Notes under the pieces: generated by a model
Databases searched by the model: none
What the model saw: only the letters and a program-made list of their open reading frames with translations
What the model was told of the DNA's origin: nothing
Program-made: the position numbers and the translations under genes
Assembly (NCBI RefSeq): GCF_009914755.1
Contig: NC_060939.1
Direction: 5' to 3' (one strand)
Source: the human T2T-CHM13v2.0 reference genome, Homo sapiens
Length of the DNA stretch: 64,000 nucleotides
Shown here: positions 1-10,506 of the stretch, piece by piece
How the letters are laid out: each line of letters begins with the position of its first letter
How positions within the stretch are numbered: the stretch's first letter is position 1

Positions 1-80
1 GAGGAAAAGCTGGAGTTTCAGTTTTCTGGAGATTGTACTTCCTGGTAACATAAAAACAAAAGTTAAATTCAGAAAAATTC
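1..80 (-). other. Candidate 3' splice acceptor; putative exon starts at 41 and runs off the window
   Basis: Reverse complement reads tttttctgaatttaacttttgtttttatgttacCAG|GAAGTACAATC: pyrimidine tract, branch-like TTAAC and CAG|G. No transcript evidence available. Confidence 0.4.
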
Positions 81-2149
81 AACTATGAAGTTAGCATCAC
101 ATAAAAAACAATGGAAAATATTTAACTATGCGCATATGTTTGTACACAAACAGAAATAGATATAAACAGACCTTAATTAGCATTGTAGACTTTAATTATC
201 TTTGTACAGTAATTGGGAATGGTTTTGTTCTGATTTATTCCATAATGCTTACTGTGTTCTGTTAACAACTCATTTTTTTCCCCTTCCAGCCCATAATAGA
301 AGGCTTTTACTGCATACTTTATTACATCTGCTTCTCATTTAATGACCATTGTTCTGGTCTGTCAGAGCGAGTGGCTATACAACTTCCCAAATCTGCAAGA
401 TTAAGCAAATATTTTGACAATGTCTAGTTTCTTTTTTCCTTTTTTTCAAAACATACCAGATAAAAATAAAAAGATTTTTACTTACCCACACAACGTTAGG
501 AGAGTTTTTAATCTAACGACAATAAAGAACTAAGCGGCAGCAAAATGTACTTCATGTGGCAAAATACATCAAGCAATTTTCTGTCCCATTTCACTTAAAA
601 AGTCCTAAGAATCTGGCCTGAATCACACAGCTGGGGTTAATGGGAGCACTCCTGGACTGCAGGGAGGTTGTGGGCCCCTGGGCAAACCACGTGGAGACCT
701 TCAAGCTTCTAGAATGAGACAGAGGCCTTCTGCTCATTTTGGAGGGCCCCGGCAGGTAAGCTGAATGATAGGTGTCTGAATCACTCACTATGAAATGTCA
801 TTTTTAAAAATGGTCATGCTACATACAAAATTGCAATACCACTGATGGCATAAGGACCAGGGTCATAACTCTCCCCAAAGAAGGTGGATACAAATACACA
901 AACAGAAGCATTTCTAAGCAACTGGGCAGAGAGATACAGAGAAAAGAGGATACAGCGAAAAATCTATTAACCCATAGGCATTCATTAATTCTACAAATGA
1001 TCTAATGGTGGGAAGCAGAAAATACACAAATAAACCAACAAAAGCATGACATGGACATAAATGCTAAGAGGGAATGGTATGTGGAAGATGCTGCAGTCAG
1101 TGGAATGAGGGAAAGGGGTTAAGAACAGATGAGCTTTCAAGAGACAGTCTATGCCTTTCAGAGTAGTTTAGGAAAAAAGTTACCGAAAGATAACTAGGAA
1201 CAGAAAACAAGGTGACAGAAAGGACCGCATTAACCCCAGAAGCATAAGCCTCTTAAAACTTTCTGGTGGGGAGCCTCTCCTTGGAGGCAGCAACCAGGGA
1301 AAATTCCCGCAAGGAGGTCCTACGGGAGCAGCCAGAATTCTACTAGAAAGACAGGAAAGACATGACAGGGATGGGTCTGTAGGAGAGCATCGGCAAAGAT
1401 AGCAAGAGGATGCAATCCTCTTTAGAGGAAGTAGAGGTTTGCCTTGTTGCTATTAGATTGCTTCACATCTCCATTGGTTTGCGTTTACTATAGGGAGGAA
1501 AGCACAAAGCAGGATATGTATGTGCTTCAGGAAGCTTAAGTGCAAGGCAATGGGGTTCATTTGTGAGCTACTGGCAAACCATTTGTATTTGGGGTGGGCG
1601 TCCCGTGCAGCACGCCTCTGGAACAGTCCCTTCACTGTTAACACCACTGACTGGGCCCTTAATTGGAGCAGGTCTGCGCGTTTTAATAAACATCTTTGAT
1701 GAGTTCTCTGGACTGTTCCATTAAACACTCATTCTACCAAAAATGCCTGGTAATTCTCTCTAAAAATGTTTTCATGTTACCGCTTCCAGGTCTTTCTAAA
1801 GTTAGGCAGTACAAAGAAACAAAAATCCAAAAGACTTGACTTTAATTTAGAAGTCTCAAAGAGAGTGTTCACCCTAGAGCAGAGATTTCTAAAGTTGTAG
1901 TATTGGACTCGCTTGCCTCCACCCCCACCCCTGCCCTTCTCCCAAAACAAGAAAACAAAGCAGCATCAAAGCTTGAGGTACAGAACAGAATAAAACATGT
2001 TGGTGCAGATTTGCTGGCCTCGGTGAAAACAACCTGAATCAGTAGGTCTTGGGGTATCTTCACTTTTAACAAACACTACAGGGGATTTTGATGCAGTCAG
2101 TTCAGGAATTAAATTTTGAAACACACTTTTGTCAGGCGGCAACAGGGTA

Positions 2150-2370
2150 GATAGCTTAAGAATGGGGTAGGAAGCTAGACTATAGGAATTCAAATCCTAG
2201 CTCCTCTACTTCCTAGCTGTGTGACCTTAGGAAATAAACACTCTGTGCTTCAGTCTCCTTATCTTCAAAATGGGATAATGGGAGCAATGTGTAAGAATTG
2301 AAAAATATGTAAAGTACTTAGTACTGTGCCAGACATGTCGTAAGTGCATGAAAAATGTTAGCCACTATTA
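2150..2370 (+). mobile_element. MIR SINE
   Basis: MIR core ttcaaatcctagctcctctacttcctagctgtgtgaccttagg...ctctgtgcttcagtctccttatc..aaaatgggataat; 3' end aaatgttagccactatta. Confidence 0.8.
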
Positions 2371-2736
2371 ACAGTGGATTCATCCCAAAGTGATTTCAGC
2401 TAATGAGCCAAATTTGGGTAGAGGAAGTACGCTGAAGCAGATTCCAACCAAACCAATGAATGAATACAGCTAAGCATAAAATAGAATCCTTATTAGGTAT
2501 CCTCCCACCATCATTTCAGTACGGTCAGCACCAGTCTATAAGCTGTACAGACATCCTATACAATATCAATCTCCTGTAGCACAATATATCCTAACAATCC
2601 TCTTGGGCACAGACGCAGCCACAGGGCAGGAGACAAAGCAACAGAACCAGCAAGCACGCACTCTGCTGCCTCACTTCATGGGAATCCCATTCAACACCAG
2701 TCTAGGAAGAGATGACCTTGGAATGCAGATCCAGTT

Positions 2737-3035
2737 AATTCAATTCAATGAGCATTTATTGAACCCTTGTGATGTATCAGAGATTCACCTAGATGCTGAG
2801 GATAATACAAAGAGCAACAAGAAAATCACCCTGTCCTCAAGGAGGTCATAATCTAGTGGGAAAAAGAGATACAAGTAATTGTAAGGCAAGGTGGCCTGAG
2901 ATGAATGCTATAATAGAAGATGGAAGAAGGCCATGCGAACACAGAGTAAGTAGTAATTAACTCTGATGGGGGCAGTCAGGAAAGGCTTTCCTGAAGAGCA
3001 GACATAGCATGCCATTGTGAGAGATCAATAAGGCA
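2737..3035 (-). mobile_element. L2 LINE 3' fragment
   Basis: attcaattcaatgagcatttattgaacc...ccctgtcctcaaggaggtcataatctagtggg...gtcaggaaaggctttcctgaaga matches the antisense L2 3' end. Confidence 0.7.
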
Positions 3036-3899
3036 AGCCTATGAAATTGTTTAATGACTTTATCATTCATGGAAACAACCCAGAAAAAGCCTGAGGGACC
3101 ATCTCTGTCTCTGCATTAACATGGGTGTGCTTAAGATTTGATTAAATGTTTGTTGTTTCTGTAACATCGCATTTAAAAAAAAACCAAGTATGAACATTCG
3201 TCTATTATTCTGATCTTCTTCAAAGAGAAAAAGAGTCCTAGAAATACTTTTCTTTTTTCCAAAGCAAACCCTCTGCATTAATAGCAAAAGAAGAATGGCA
3301 AGTTATCGAACGTATTATGAACTAGTTAGCCAAAGCGCAAGTCTGGGAAGGCCCACATTTGTTTTATGTAGCAATGAGACAAAATATGAGAGTTTTTTTC
3401 TTCTTATATATGGTTGCCTCTTTCTACTTGACTATAATCATTAATAATTTCTTTGGACCAGCAGAGGAAACAGGTATTGATCACAATAAAACATTGCATC
3501 CACAAACACTTGCTATAGCAGGTTATGGTCTCCATGGAAACCCTCCAATAGAACCAATCTGAATTCAATTTCAGAAGTAATGAGAACAGATAATTTTACA
3601 CTCAATCAATCACTGTCAGCTGCCGTTATCAGCCAATCAGTCATTATGTCAGTCAGTCACACTCTCAACAAACTTCTTCTGTGGCATGGTCAGATGAGAA
3701 TGTTTTGACATCCAGAAGCAACACGAGAAAATTGGCTCATCTTTCCTGGCAAGATGCCAAAGACACAGCACTGCATTGTGTTTGCTAAGGCAATAAACAG
3801 TCCAATCAAAATACACTGTGGTAGCGGAAGATTCTAGGCAGCAATTTCAATAATTGTTATGATACTGATGGCAGAGACGTACTTTCGACCCAAAAGTCA

Positions 3900-4045
3900 T
3901 ACAGTTTAATCCTCTCATTTAAACATGAAGAAACAGAGCACCAGAGAAGTTCAAGTATCTGCCCAAAGCTGCACAGCTAACTGGTGGAAAGCCCACGACT
4001 AAAACATGAGCATTCTCCCCTTCCAGTGCTCATCCAGGATGCCTT
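3900..4045 (-). mobile_element. MIR fragment
   Basis: ctcatttaaacatgaagaaacagagcaccagagaagttcaagtatctgcccaaagctgcacagcta resembles the antisense MIR core. Confidence 0.65.
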
Positions 4046-4586
4046 GCTGCTGCTCTTCACTGCCTTCCTTTTTGAGGCAAGAGGGTAAAGGGATATTTGA
4101 AGATTAGGTTCTAATTCTAAACAGAGAGCCCCAAGCCTGTGGGAGACTCACGGGATATTTGTGAGGCTTGTGCTTTGGAGCCAACTCAAACCTCTTGCTG
4201 TTTGGGGTTAGCTCGTCCTTGGCCAAGTACAACTTCTGGTTTCTAAGGAGGAACAAAAGATTTTGAAACACTACAGGGCAACCAAATCACTGTTACAAAA
4301 TGACATTTTCGATAAGTTTAGTGCAGGACTATCAAGAACACATGGACTGAATTCCCTAAAAATGCTTGGGAGAGGGAGGTAAAATTTGAGGGGAAAAATC
4401 TGGCAAAATACAGTTGGGCTCTTGTCAACCTCAAATGTTAGAAATGTTGGCATTTGGGAATTGTGAAGAATCTGAAAGGTGTCTGGTTTCTTTCTTTTTT
4501 CTTTTTACTGCATTATTGCTTTGTCCATTTCTCAGAGACAGTTCTCTGAGGCTGAGGTTCACATTCTTCCTTGGTAAAACAGATGG

Positions 4587-4878
4587 TTGGGAGGCCGAGG
4601 CAGGCAGATCACGAGGTCATGAGTTCGAGGCAGGCAGATCACGAGGTCAGGAGTTCGAGACCAGCCTGACCAACATGGTGAAACCTGTCTCTACTAAGAA
4701 AATACAAAAATTAGCTGGGTGTGGTGGTGCACACCTGTAATCCCAGCTACTCAGGAAGCTGAGGCAGGCGAATCACTTGAACCTGGGAGGTGGACGTTAC
4801 AGTGAGCCAAGATTGCACCACTGTACTCCAGCCTGGGCGACAGAGTGAGACTCTGTCTCAAAAAAAAAAAAAAAAAAA
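4587..4878 (+). mobile_element. 5'-truncated AluS (Sg-like) with internal 30-bp tandem duplication
   Basis: Alu body from ttgggaggccgagg to poly(A); flanking TSD-like aaaa(c/t)agatgg. Confidence 0.95.
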
Positions 4879-4892
4879 TAGATGGACCAGCT

Positions 4893-5080
4893 TGATAGTT
4901 TGCAAACTTCAATGTGCATGGGAACTTACAAAATCTGTTAAAAATGCAAATCCCCAGATCCCACCTCCAGACATTTTCATTCAGCAGGTGAGGCTGGGCC
5001 CAGGAATCTGCCTTTTTAACAAAGGACCCAGGTAATTCTGATGCACTTTCTTTGCCAATCAGTGTTAGAAAACATTGGTT
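4893..5080 (-). mobile_element. MER5-family hAT-Charlie DNA transposon relic
   Basis: ctgttaaaaatgcaaatccccag...ttcagcaggtgaggctgggcccaggaatctgcctttttaacaa...caggtaattctgatgca. Confidence 0.75.
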
Positions 5081-5226
5081 AACTAATGCTATTTGGTAAA
5101 GAATTTGGGCCATTTTGTTGATGGTAGTTTTCCAATTACATTCCTCCCCAAACATTCCAACTTCGTAAATTGTGTGTATCACCCATATTACAAGAACATA
5201 ATTCTAATGGCTATGATCACAAGCTT

Positions 5227-5228
<2 letters not shown>

Positions 5229-5268
<40 letters not shown>
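5229..5268. repeat. (AT)20 microsatellite
   Basis: Perfect AT run. Confidence 0.97.
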
Positions 5269-5276
<8 letters not shown>

Positions 5277-5714
5277 TGAAATATACATTATAGTGCCACT
5301 TTCTATTAGCTGTAAGTAGGCTTTATCTTAAATAGGTAGGTGGTATATGGGACACTAATACATCCCATCAGAATTTGTCTAAGGCAAATGAGGTGAAAAA
5401 GCAAAGCAAGAATATGGGTTCAGGCTTGAGCTAAAACTAGTAATTGCAAAAAGAACAGTTTGGAAGCTTTCACATGAAATGCTTGCTTCATTTCTCTAGT
5501 CTGCTTGCCTGACCTCAGCTCACGATACCTATTTTATCTTCTCGCAAAACACTGATATAAAGCTTTTTGCCTGTTTCTACATGTAATACTGATCTTTTCC
5601 CTCCATTTCCTTCCGGGCTTTATTTTTTTTTCTTTTTCTGATGCATTTCAGGACATTTGATGAGTCTTGGAGTGTGTTTAAATGATGACAAGCATGTGAT
5701 GTGTACACTAGGTA

Positions 5715-5850
5715 GACCGTACACCCTATGAGGACAAATACAGTTCTTTTTTTGCCATTTCATCCCCTGAACGTGTCACAGTACCTGGCACAAAGCACTT
5801 AAAAATATTCATCGAATAAATAAAATGAATGAAAGGATGGATGGATGGAT
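5715..5850 (+). mobile_element. L2 3' end with (TGAA/TGGA)n tail
   Basis: cacagtacctggcacaaagcacttaaaaatattcatcgaataaataaaatgaatgaa. Confidence 0.7.
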
Positions 5851-6534
5851 TACAGACAAGTAAAAACTCATCCATCTGGAGGCTGAATGAATGCAGATAC
5901 TTCAAAAGATCTATACTTTATAGTCATAATCAATAATCACTCATTTTTTCAAAGGTTGTTTTTATTGATAAAACTCTTGGTTAGGTGTTGTTGACCCCAC
6001 AGAAACCAAAAGCAACTATAGTATTTTGTAATTATGCCTTCCTTTGTAAAACCAGCTATCATATAGATTTTTCTTTGCCAGGCTTATTTCATTGTTGTTT
6101 TGACTGAAATGGAAATATTACTGGAAGCTAAAATAACTCATAGACATTGGGTGAACCATAGGGGAGACAGTCAGGAATGGGGAGATGGAAAAAAAACCCA
6201 AAACTCACCAGTGCAATCAGCAACAGATCCTCCAGAAGCCTGTAAAAATTAAGACAACTTTTAAAACTCTCTTTGCCTGTCATCACTACACACATCCCAG
6301 GCTCACAGTCTTTCTGCATCATGCAGATGACAGAGGTAACCCTTAGGAAGCTTAACTTATCTCACTGGTAGGTTTCACAGCCTCATGCCAGTGACGTCAC
6401 AGAAAACAACTTTAAATCTTCCATGAAACAAGCAAACTGGAGGAGAGATGAATTCAATGAGCTATCAGAGGTGCTTTCCATCCTATTAGAAAAAAGGAGG
6501 AAAGCAGGAAGGAAGGCAGTAAGAAAAGGAGGAG

Positions 6535-6920
6535 AAATTAACATTTGTCGAGCATCCATTGACAACCAGGCGCCACACTAAACTCTTCATATTTTATCTC
6601 ATTTGAAGCTTATTATATTTCCAGGGGGTGGAAATTCATTGGTTCATTTTATTTTATTCATTTATTTACTTTATTTATTTTAGAGACAGCTCTCACTTTG
6701 TCATCCAGGCTGGAGTGCACTGGCACAATCATAGCTCACTGCAGCCTCGAACTCCTGGGCTTAAGGGATCTTCCTGCCTCACATTCCCAAAGTGCTGGAA
6801 TTACAGGCGCGAGCCACCATGCCCAGCTAGTATGTTCATTTTATAGATGAGGGAAATAGGGCTCAGAGAGGTTCATCCCCATGCCCCAACAGCTAATGAA
6901 CAATAAAGCTGGGACTAAAG
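6535..6920 (-). mobile_element. MIR interrupted by an Alu monomer
   Basis: aacatttgtcgagcatcc...ttttatctcatttgaagc before the Alu; cattttatagatgagggaaatagggctcagagaggtt after it. Confidence 0.6.
6647..6828 (-). mobile_element. Alu monomer (FRAM/FAM-like or recombined AluJ)
   Basis: Single ~150-bp arm plus A-rich tail; TSD-like gttcatttta on both sides. Confidence 0.85.
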
Positions 6921-6921
6921 T

Positions 6922-7160
6922 AATAGCAAATATTTACTAAGGACTTAACGTCAGTCAGTTTCATGTGTGTTAACTATTAATTCATTGAATCCTCCTTTTA
7001 ATCTTATGAGGTAGGTACCTCTATGCCCTTTTCAGAGGTCACAGAACAAACACAGAGAGGTTAAATAACTTGCCCAAGGAGTCACAGCTGATACATAGCA
7101 GAGCTGGGGCTGGAACCTGCGTGATCAGCATCAGACCCTCGTCTCTTAACTACCACACTC
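6922..7160 (-). mobile_element. MIR SINE
   Basis: cttatgaggtaggtac...cacagagaggttaaataacttgcccaaggagtcacagct...gcagagctggggctggaacc. Confidence 0.8.
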
Positions 7161-7350
7161 AGCCATTCTCTACAATAGCGTCTAGGTTGGCCTTTTTCCA
7201 AAGGCTAAATCCTTTCCGGAATACAACTTTGATTTTATGTTTCTAGAGAAAACAAAAAAGGCATACCTCAACAATAGCCTATTAGACTTTTCCAAGCATG
7301 ACAAATCATGTGTATTTGTTATATATACAGATAGGCTATGTGGTCTTAAT

Positions 7351-7469
7351 TAAGGTGACCATATAATTTATTGTCCAAACCATGAAAGAAGGTGCTATCA
7401 ATAATTATCCAGGGACAACAGTGGTAACCTGGAACTGTTCCAAGATGGCAAGGGTGCCTGGTCACCCTA
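7351..7469 (+). mobile_element. MER94-like hAT-Blackjack MITE
   Basis: TIRs taaggtgacca / tggtcacccta; 8-bp TSD gtcttaat (7343-7350) / gtcctaat (7470-7477). Confidence 0.8.
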
Positions 7470-7485
7470 GTCCTAATGAATAAAT

Positions 7486-7523
7486 ACACACACACACACA
7501 TACACACAAACACACAAACACAC
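7486..7523. repeat. Imperfect (CA)n microsatellite
   Basis: acacacacacacacatacacacaaacacacaaacacac. Confidence 0.85.
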
Positions 7524-8189
7524 AATTAGATATCGTTACTTTCAGACACATTCTGATACTACCCGCTGGAGTACGGATGTGGAGTTAAATGCTTTCTAAC
7601 ACTGTGTGAGCCCACCCTCCTCCCACCTCAAGAGCTGCTAGCCCTTTCTTTACCTAATGCATTTCTTTTAACTTGTTTTCTCACAAAAGACTGTACGTAA
7701 TTGGTCAGCCATGAGAGATTAATTTGTGCTTAGCTGGCTGAGCGGACACAAGATAACTCAATAGCGGATGATGCCAGTGCATGAACCAGCAGCTTCTCTC
7801 GATAAGCCTTCCTACCTACTCGGGACCTCGTCCCTCCATAGCCTGCTTCTTTGGGAATTGCCAGCCAAGTCCTTTACTTTATTTACCTCATTTTTGCCTG
7901 CCTGGAGAAATTCAAACTTGCAGTTTTTAAGTTTCTTCATGGGCCATTTTTCTTACGGAAATAGAAACAGTAGCAAAGACACCCAGACTCTCCCCTTCTA
8001 AAGCAATGCATCAAAGAGTGCACTGGGGTATGTGGATAGCAGAGAAACTGAGCAAGGGCAAGTTTATGCATATCCTTCATCCTGCTCACATTGTTTATAA
8101 CTGCAGTCAGACACAGACAGCAGGCTGAGAGTGATGGACATGGCGATGACAATGGCGATGATGGTGATGGGAAGACTTCTAAGAACTTA

Positions 8190-8360
8190 AAAAGCGTTTT
8201 ACACAGATGATCTCATCTAATGCTATCTCAGCCCTAGGTGGTGGGTGCAATTATCATTCCCATTTTAGAGATGGAAAAACAGATATTTACAGAGGGCAAA
8301 CATTCTGCCCCACGTCCAATCTAGGTAACTTAACCTCAGAGCTAACACTCTAACCCACAG
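8190..8360 (-). mobile_element. MIR fragment
   Basis: atctcatctaatgc...attatcattcccattttagagatggaaaaacaga. Confidence 0.65.
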
Positions 8361-9482
8361 GGCCTGGACATTCAAATGCACAAGTCAACCACAGATGACA
8401 GAGTACAGGACAAATTGGACTGGAGAGATCCATGCCTCCCAACTCCTCATCTCACAGATGAGAACTCCAGTTCAGTCCTTTTGCCTCCTCCAGAAAATAC
8501 TTACCTGTCAAGAACTTTGTAAAAATGAAATGAGAGAAGGTTAAAAACATAACCAAGAAGTGCTACATAAATGTTTTCTACTGTCACTAGACCAGCCCTT
8601 AAACGCTATTTCAGAATGTATTACTCTAATAGAGTAATTTTTAAATACCTGGACATCAGAGCTAATTGGACATCAGACATTGGAGCTAATTCCACCTAAC
8701 CATAGAAATGCACTGTGGCCTGGGTTTATGCCTGTCATACAGTTCCCTCCCACGGCAGGTACATTTGCCACATCCCAATACACTGCCAGTAAAGATAAAG
8801 TACCTTCTAATATACTTATAAAAGCACAGAGTGCAGGGGCTAGGGACTATAGAAGAAGGCAGGAGGCAAGGAAGCAAAGGGTTTTATTTTTTTTTAATGT
8901 CCCCAACTCCTCTAACCTGGTCCCTTTGCTTTGTTTGGCTGGTACGACAGGTGGTGACTCTTAAGCACTGTGTAGCCTGCTCTTGTGTCCAGATTATCCC
9001 AAGCAGTCTGAAACTTCAAGAGAATTTGCAGTAATGCACAAGTCAGGATTTGGTTCCCAGAGCAAAGCTGTGCTCAAAGGATTGGACATCAGAAACAAAC
9101 CTAAAAAGAGCCACAAACACGGACCCCAGGCTCCTCCCACCCCCTCCCTAACTCACCTGTAGGGTTTAAAGAGATTCCATTTTAATGAAGCAGGATGGGC
9201 ATAACACTTGGGAAGGAAAGGAAATCTGGCCTACCCCAAAGCAATTAGCTTCCTCTGCTAGGAAGAGACTGTGCTTGTGTCCTGAGGTTTTTATTTCATT
9301 TTTCCTCAAGGGGATGGGAAGTTCGCTGGTCTAAGATTCATGCCTTTCAGACTGCTCCTCAAGTGAGGAGGCCACGTGGCCCTGTAACCCAAATGCCAGG
9401 CCCTTGGTATCACCTTCTGCTCCTCTCAGAGACACCTTGATGTCACCTTCCGCTCCTCTCAGAGTCACTCTGCCGAGTCGCC

Positions 9483-9812
9483 CTGTGATGAGGACATTAT
9501 CTGGACCTGTGCTAATACAGTGGCTACCAGCCATCTGTGGCCACCGAGCACTTGAACCTGGCCAGTCCCAACTGAAATGTGCTGTCAGTGCAAAATCCAC
9601 ACCTGAGTTGGAAGTGAATAAAAATATCTCAATTTTTTTACATGAATTACACATTAAAATTGTACTATTTTGGATATATTGAGTTAAAAAATGTATCTCC
9701 AAAATTAATTCCACCTTTTTCTTTTCAATTCTTAAAAAACATGGTCACACAAATATTTAACACTGTGTCTGTGCTTATCATATATACGCTATATTTCCAC
9801 TGGACAGCACTG
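9483..9812 (+). mobile_element. MER33/MER3-like hAT-Charlie relic
   Basis: tggctaccagccatctgtggccaccgagcacttgaa...gaaatgtgctgtcagtgcaaaat...tatatttccactggacagcactg. Confidence 0.7.
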
Positions 9813-9846
9813 TTCTAGACACTCATCAGGTATGATTGCTCCATTT

Positions 9847-9985
9847 CCCAGCAGCATGTGTATCAACCAGGAGCCTGCTAGAAATACAGAATCTCAGGCC
9901 CCATCCCAGACCTACTGAATCATAATCTGCATTTTCAGAGATCCCCAGGTAATCTGCATGCACATTAAAGTCTGTGAAGCACTGC
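9847..9985 (+). mobile_element. MER5-family relic
   Basis: tgctagaaatacagaatctcaggccccatcccagacctactgaatcataatctgcatttt...gatccccaggt...aaagtctgtgaagcactg. Confidence 0.8.
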
Positions 9986-10179
9986 CCTGGGGCCTAAAAC
10001 ATTACTTGGCACACAAGAGGCACTTGAGAAATATTTGTTGAATGAATAAATGAGTTATGTCTAGGAAGCTGCTGTACTTGGGGGCACTCGGGAAAATGTG
10101 AAGGGCTGTCCCTGGCTTTCTCCTTAGCTCAGTTAATATTGATATACTCATCAGATTAATCACCTTTCATTTTAGTAGC

Positions 10180-10506
10180 TGATACGGTTTGGCTGTGTCT
10201 CCACCCACATCTCATCTTGAATTGTAGCTCCCATAATTCCCACATGTCCAGGGAGGGACCAGGTGGGAGGTAATTGAATCATGGGGGTGGGTCTTTCCCA
10301 TGCTGTTCTCATGATAGTGAATAAGTCTCACCAGATCTGATGGTTTTCTAAAGGGGAGTTCCCCTGCATATGCTTGCCTGCCGCCATGTAAGATGTGACT
10401 TTGCTCCTCATTCACCTTCCGCCATGGTTGTGAGTCCTCCCCAGCCATGTGGAACTGTGAGTCAATTAAACCTCTTTCCTTTATACAGCACTCAGTCTCG
10501 GGAATA
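10180..10506 (+). mobile_element. THE1-type (ERVL-MaLR) solo LTR, slightly 3'-truncated
   Basis: Starts tgatacggtttggctgtgtc...atctcatcttgaattgtagctcccataattccc; ends ccagccatgtggaactgtgagtcaattaaacctctttcc; ATTAAA at 10465-10470. Confidence 0.93.

Noticed and set aside
10436-10448. PRDM9 hotspot motif in the THE1 LTR
   Set aside because: The sequence is CCTCCCCAGCCAT, the ordinary form, not the hotspot-associated CCTCCCTAGCCAC
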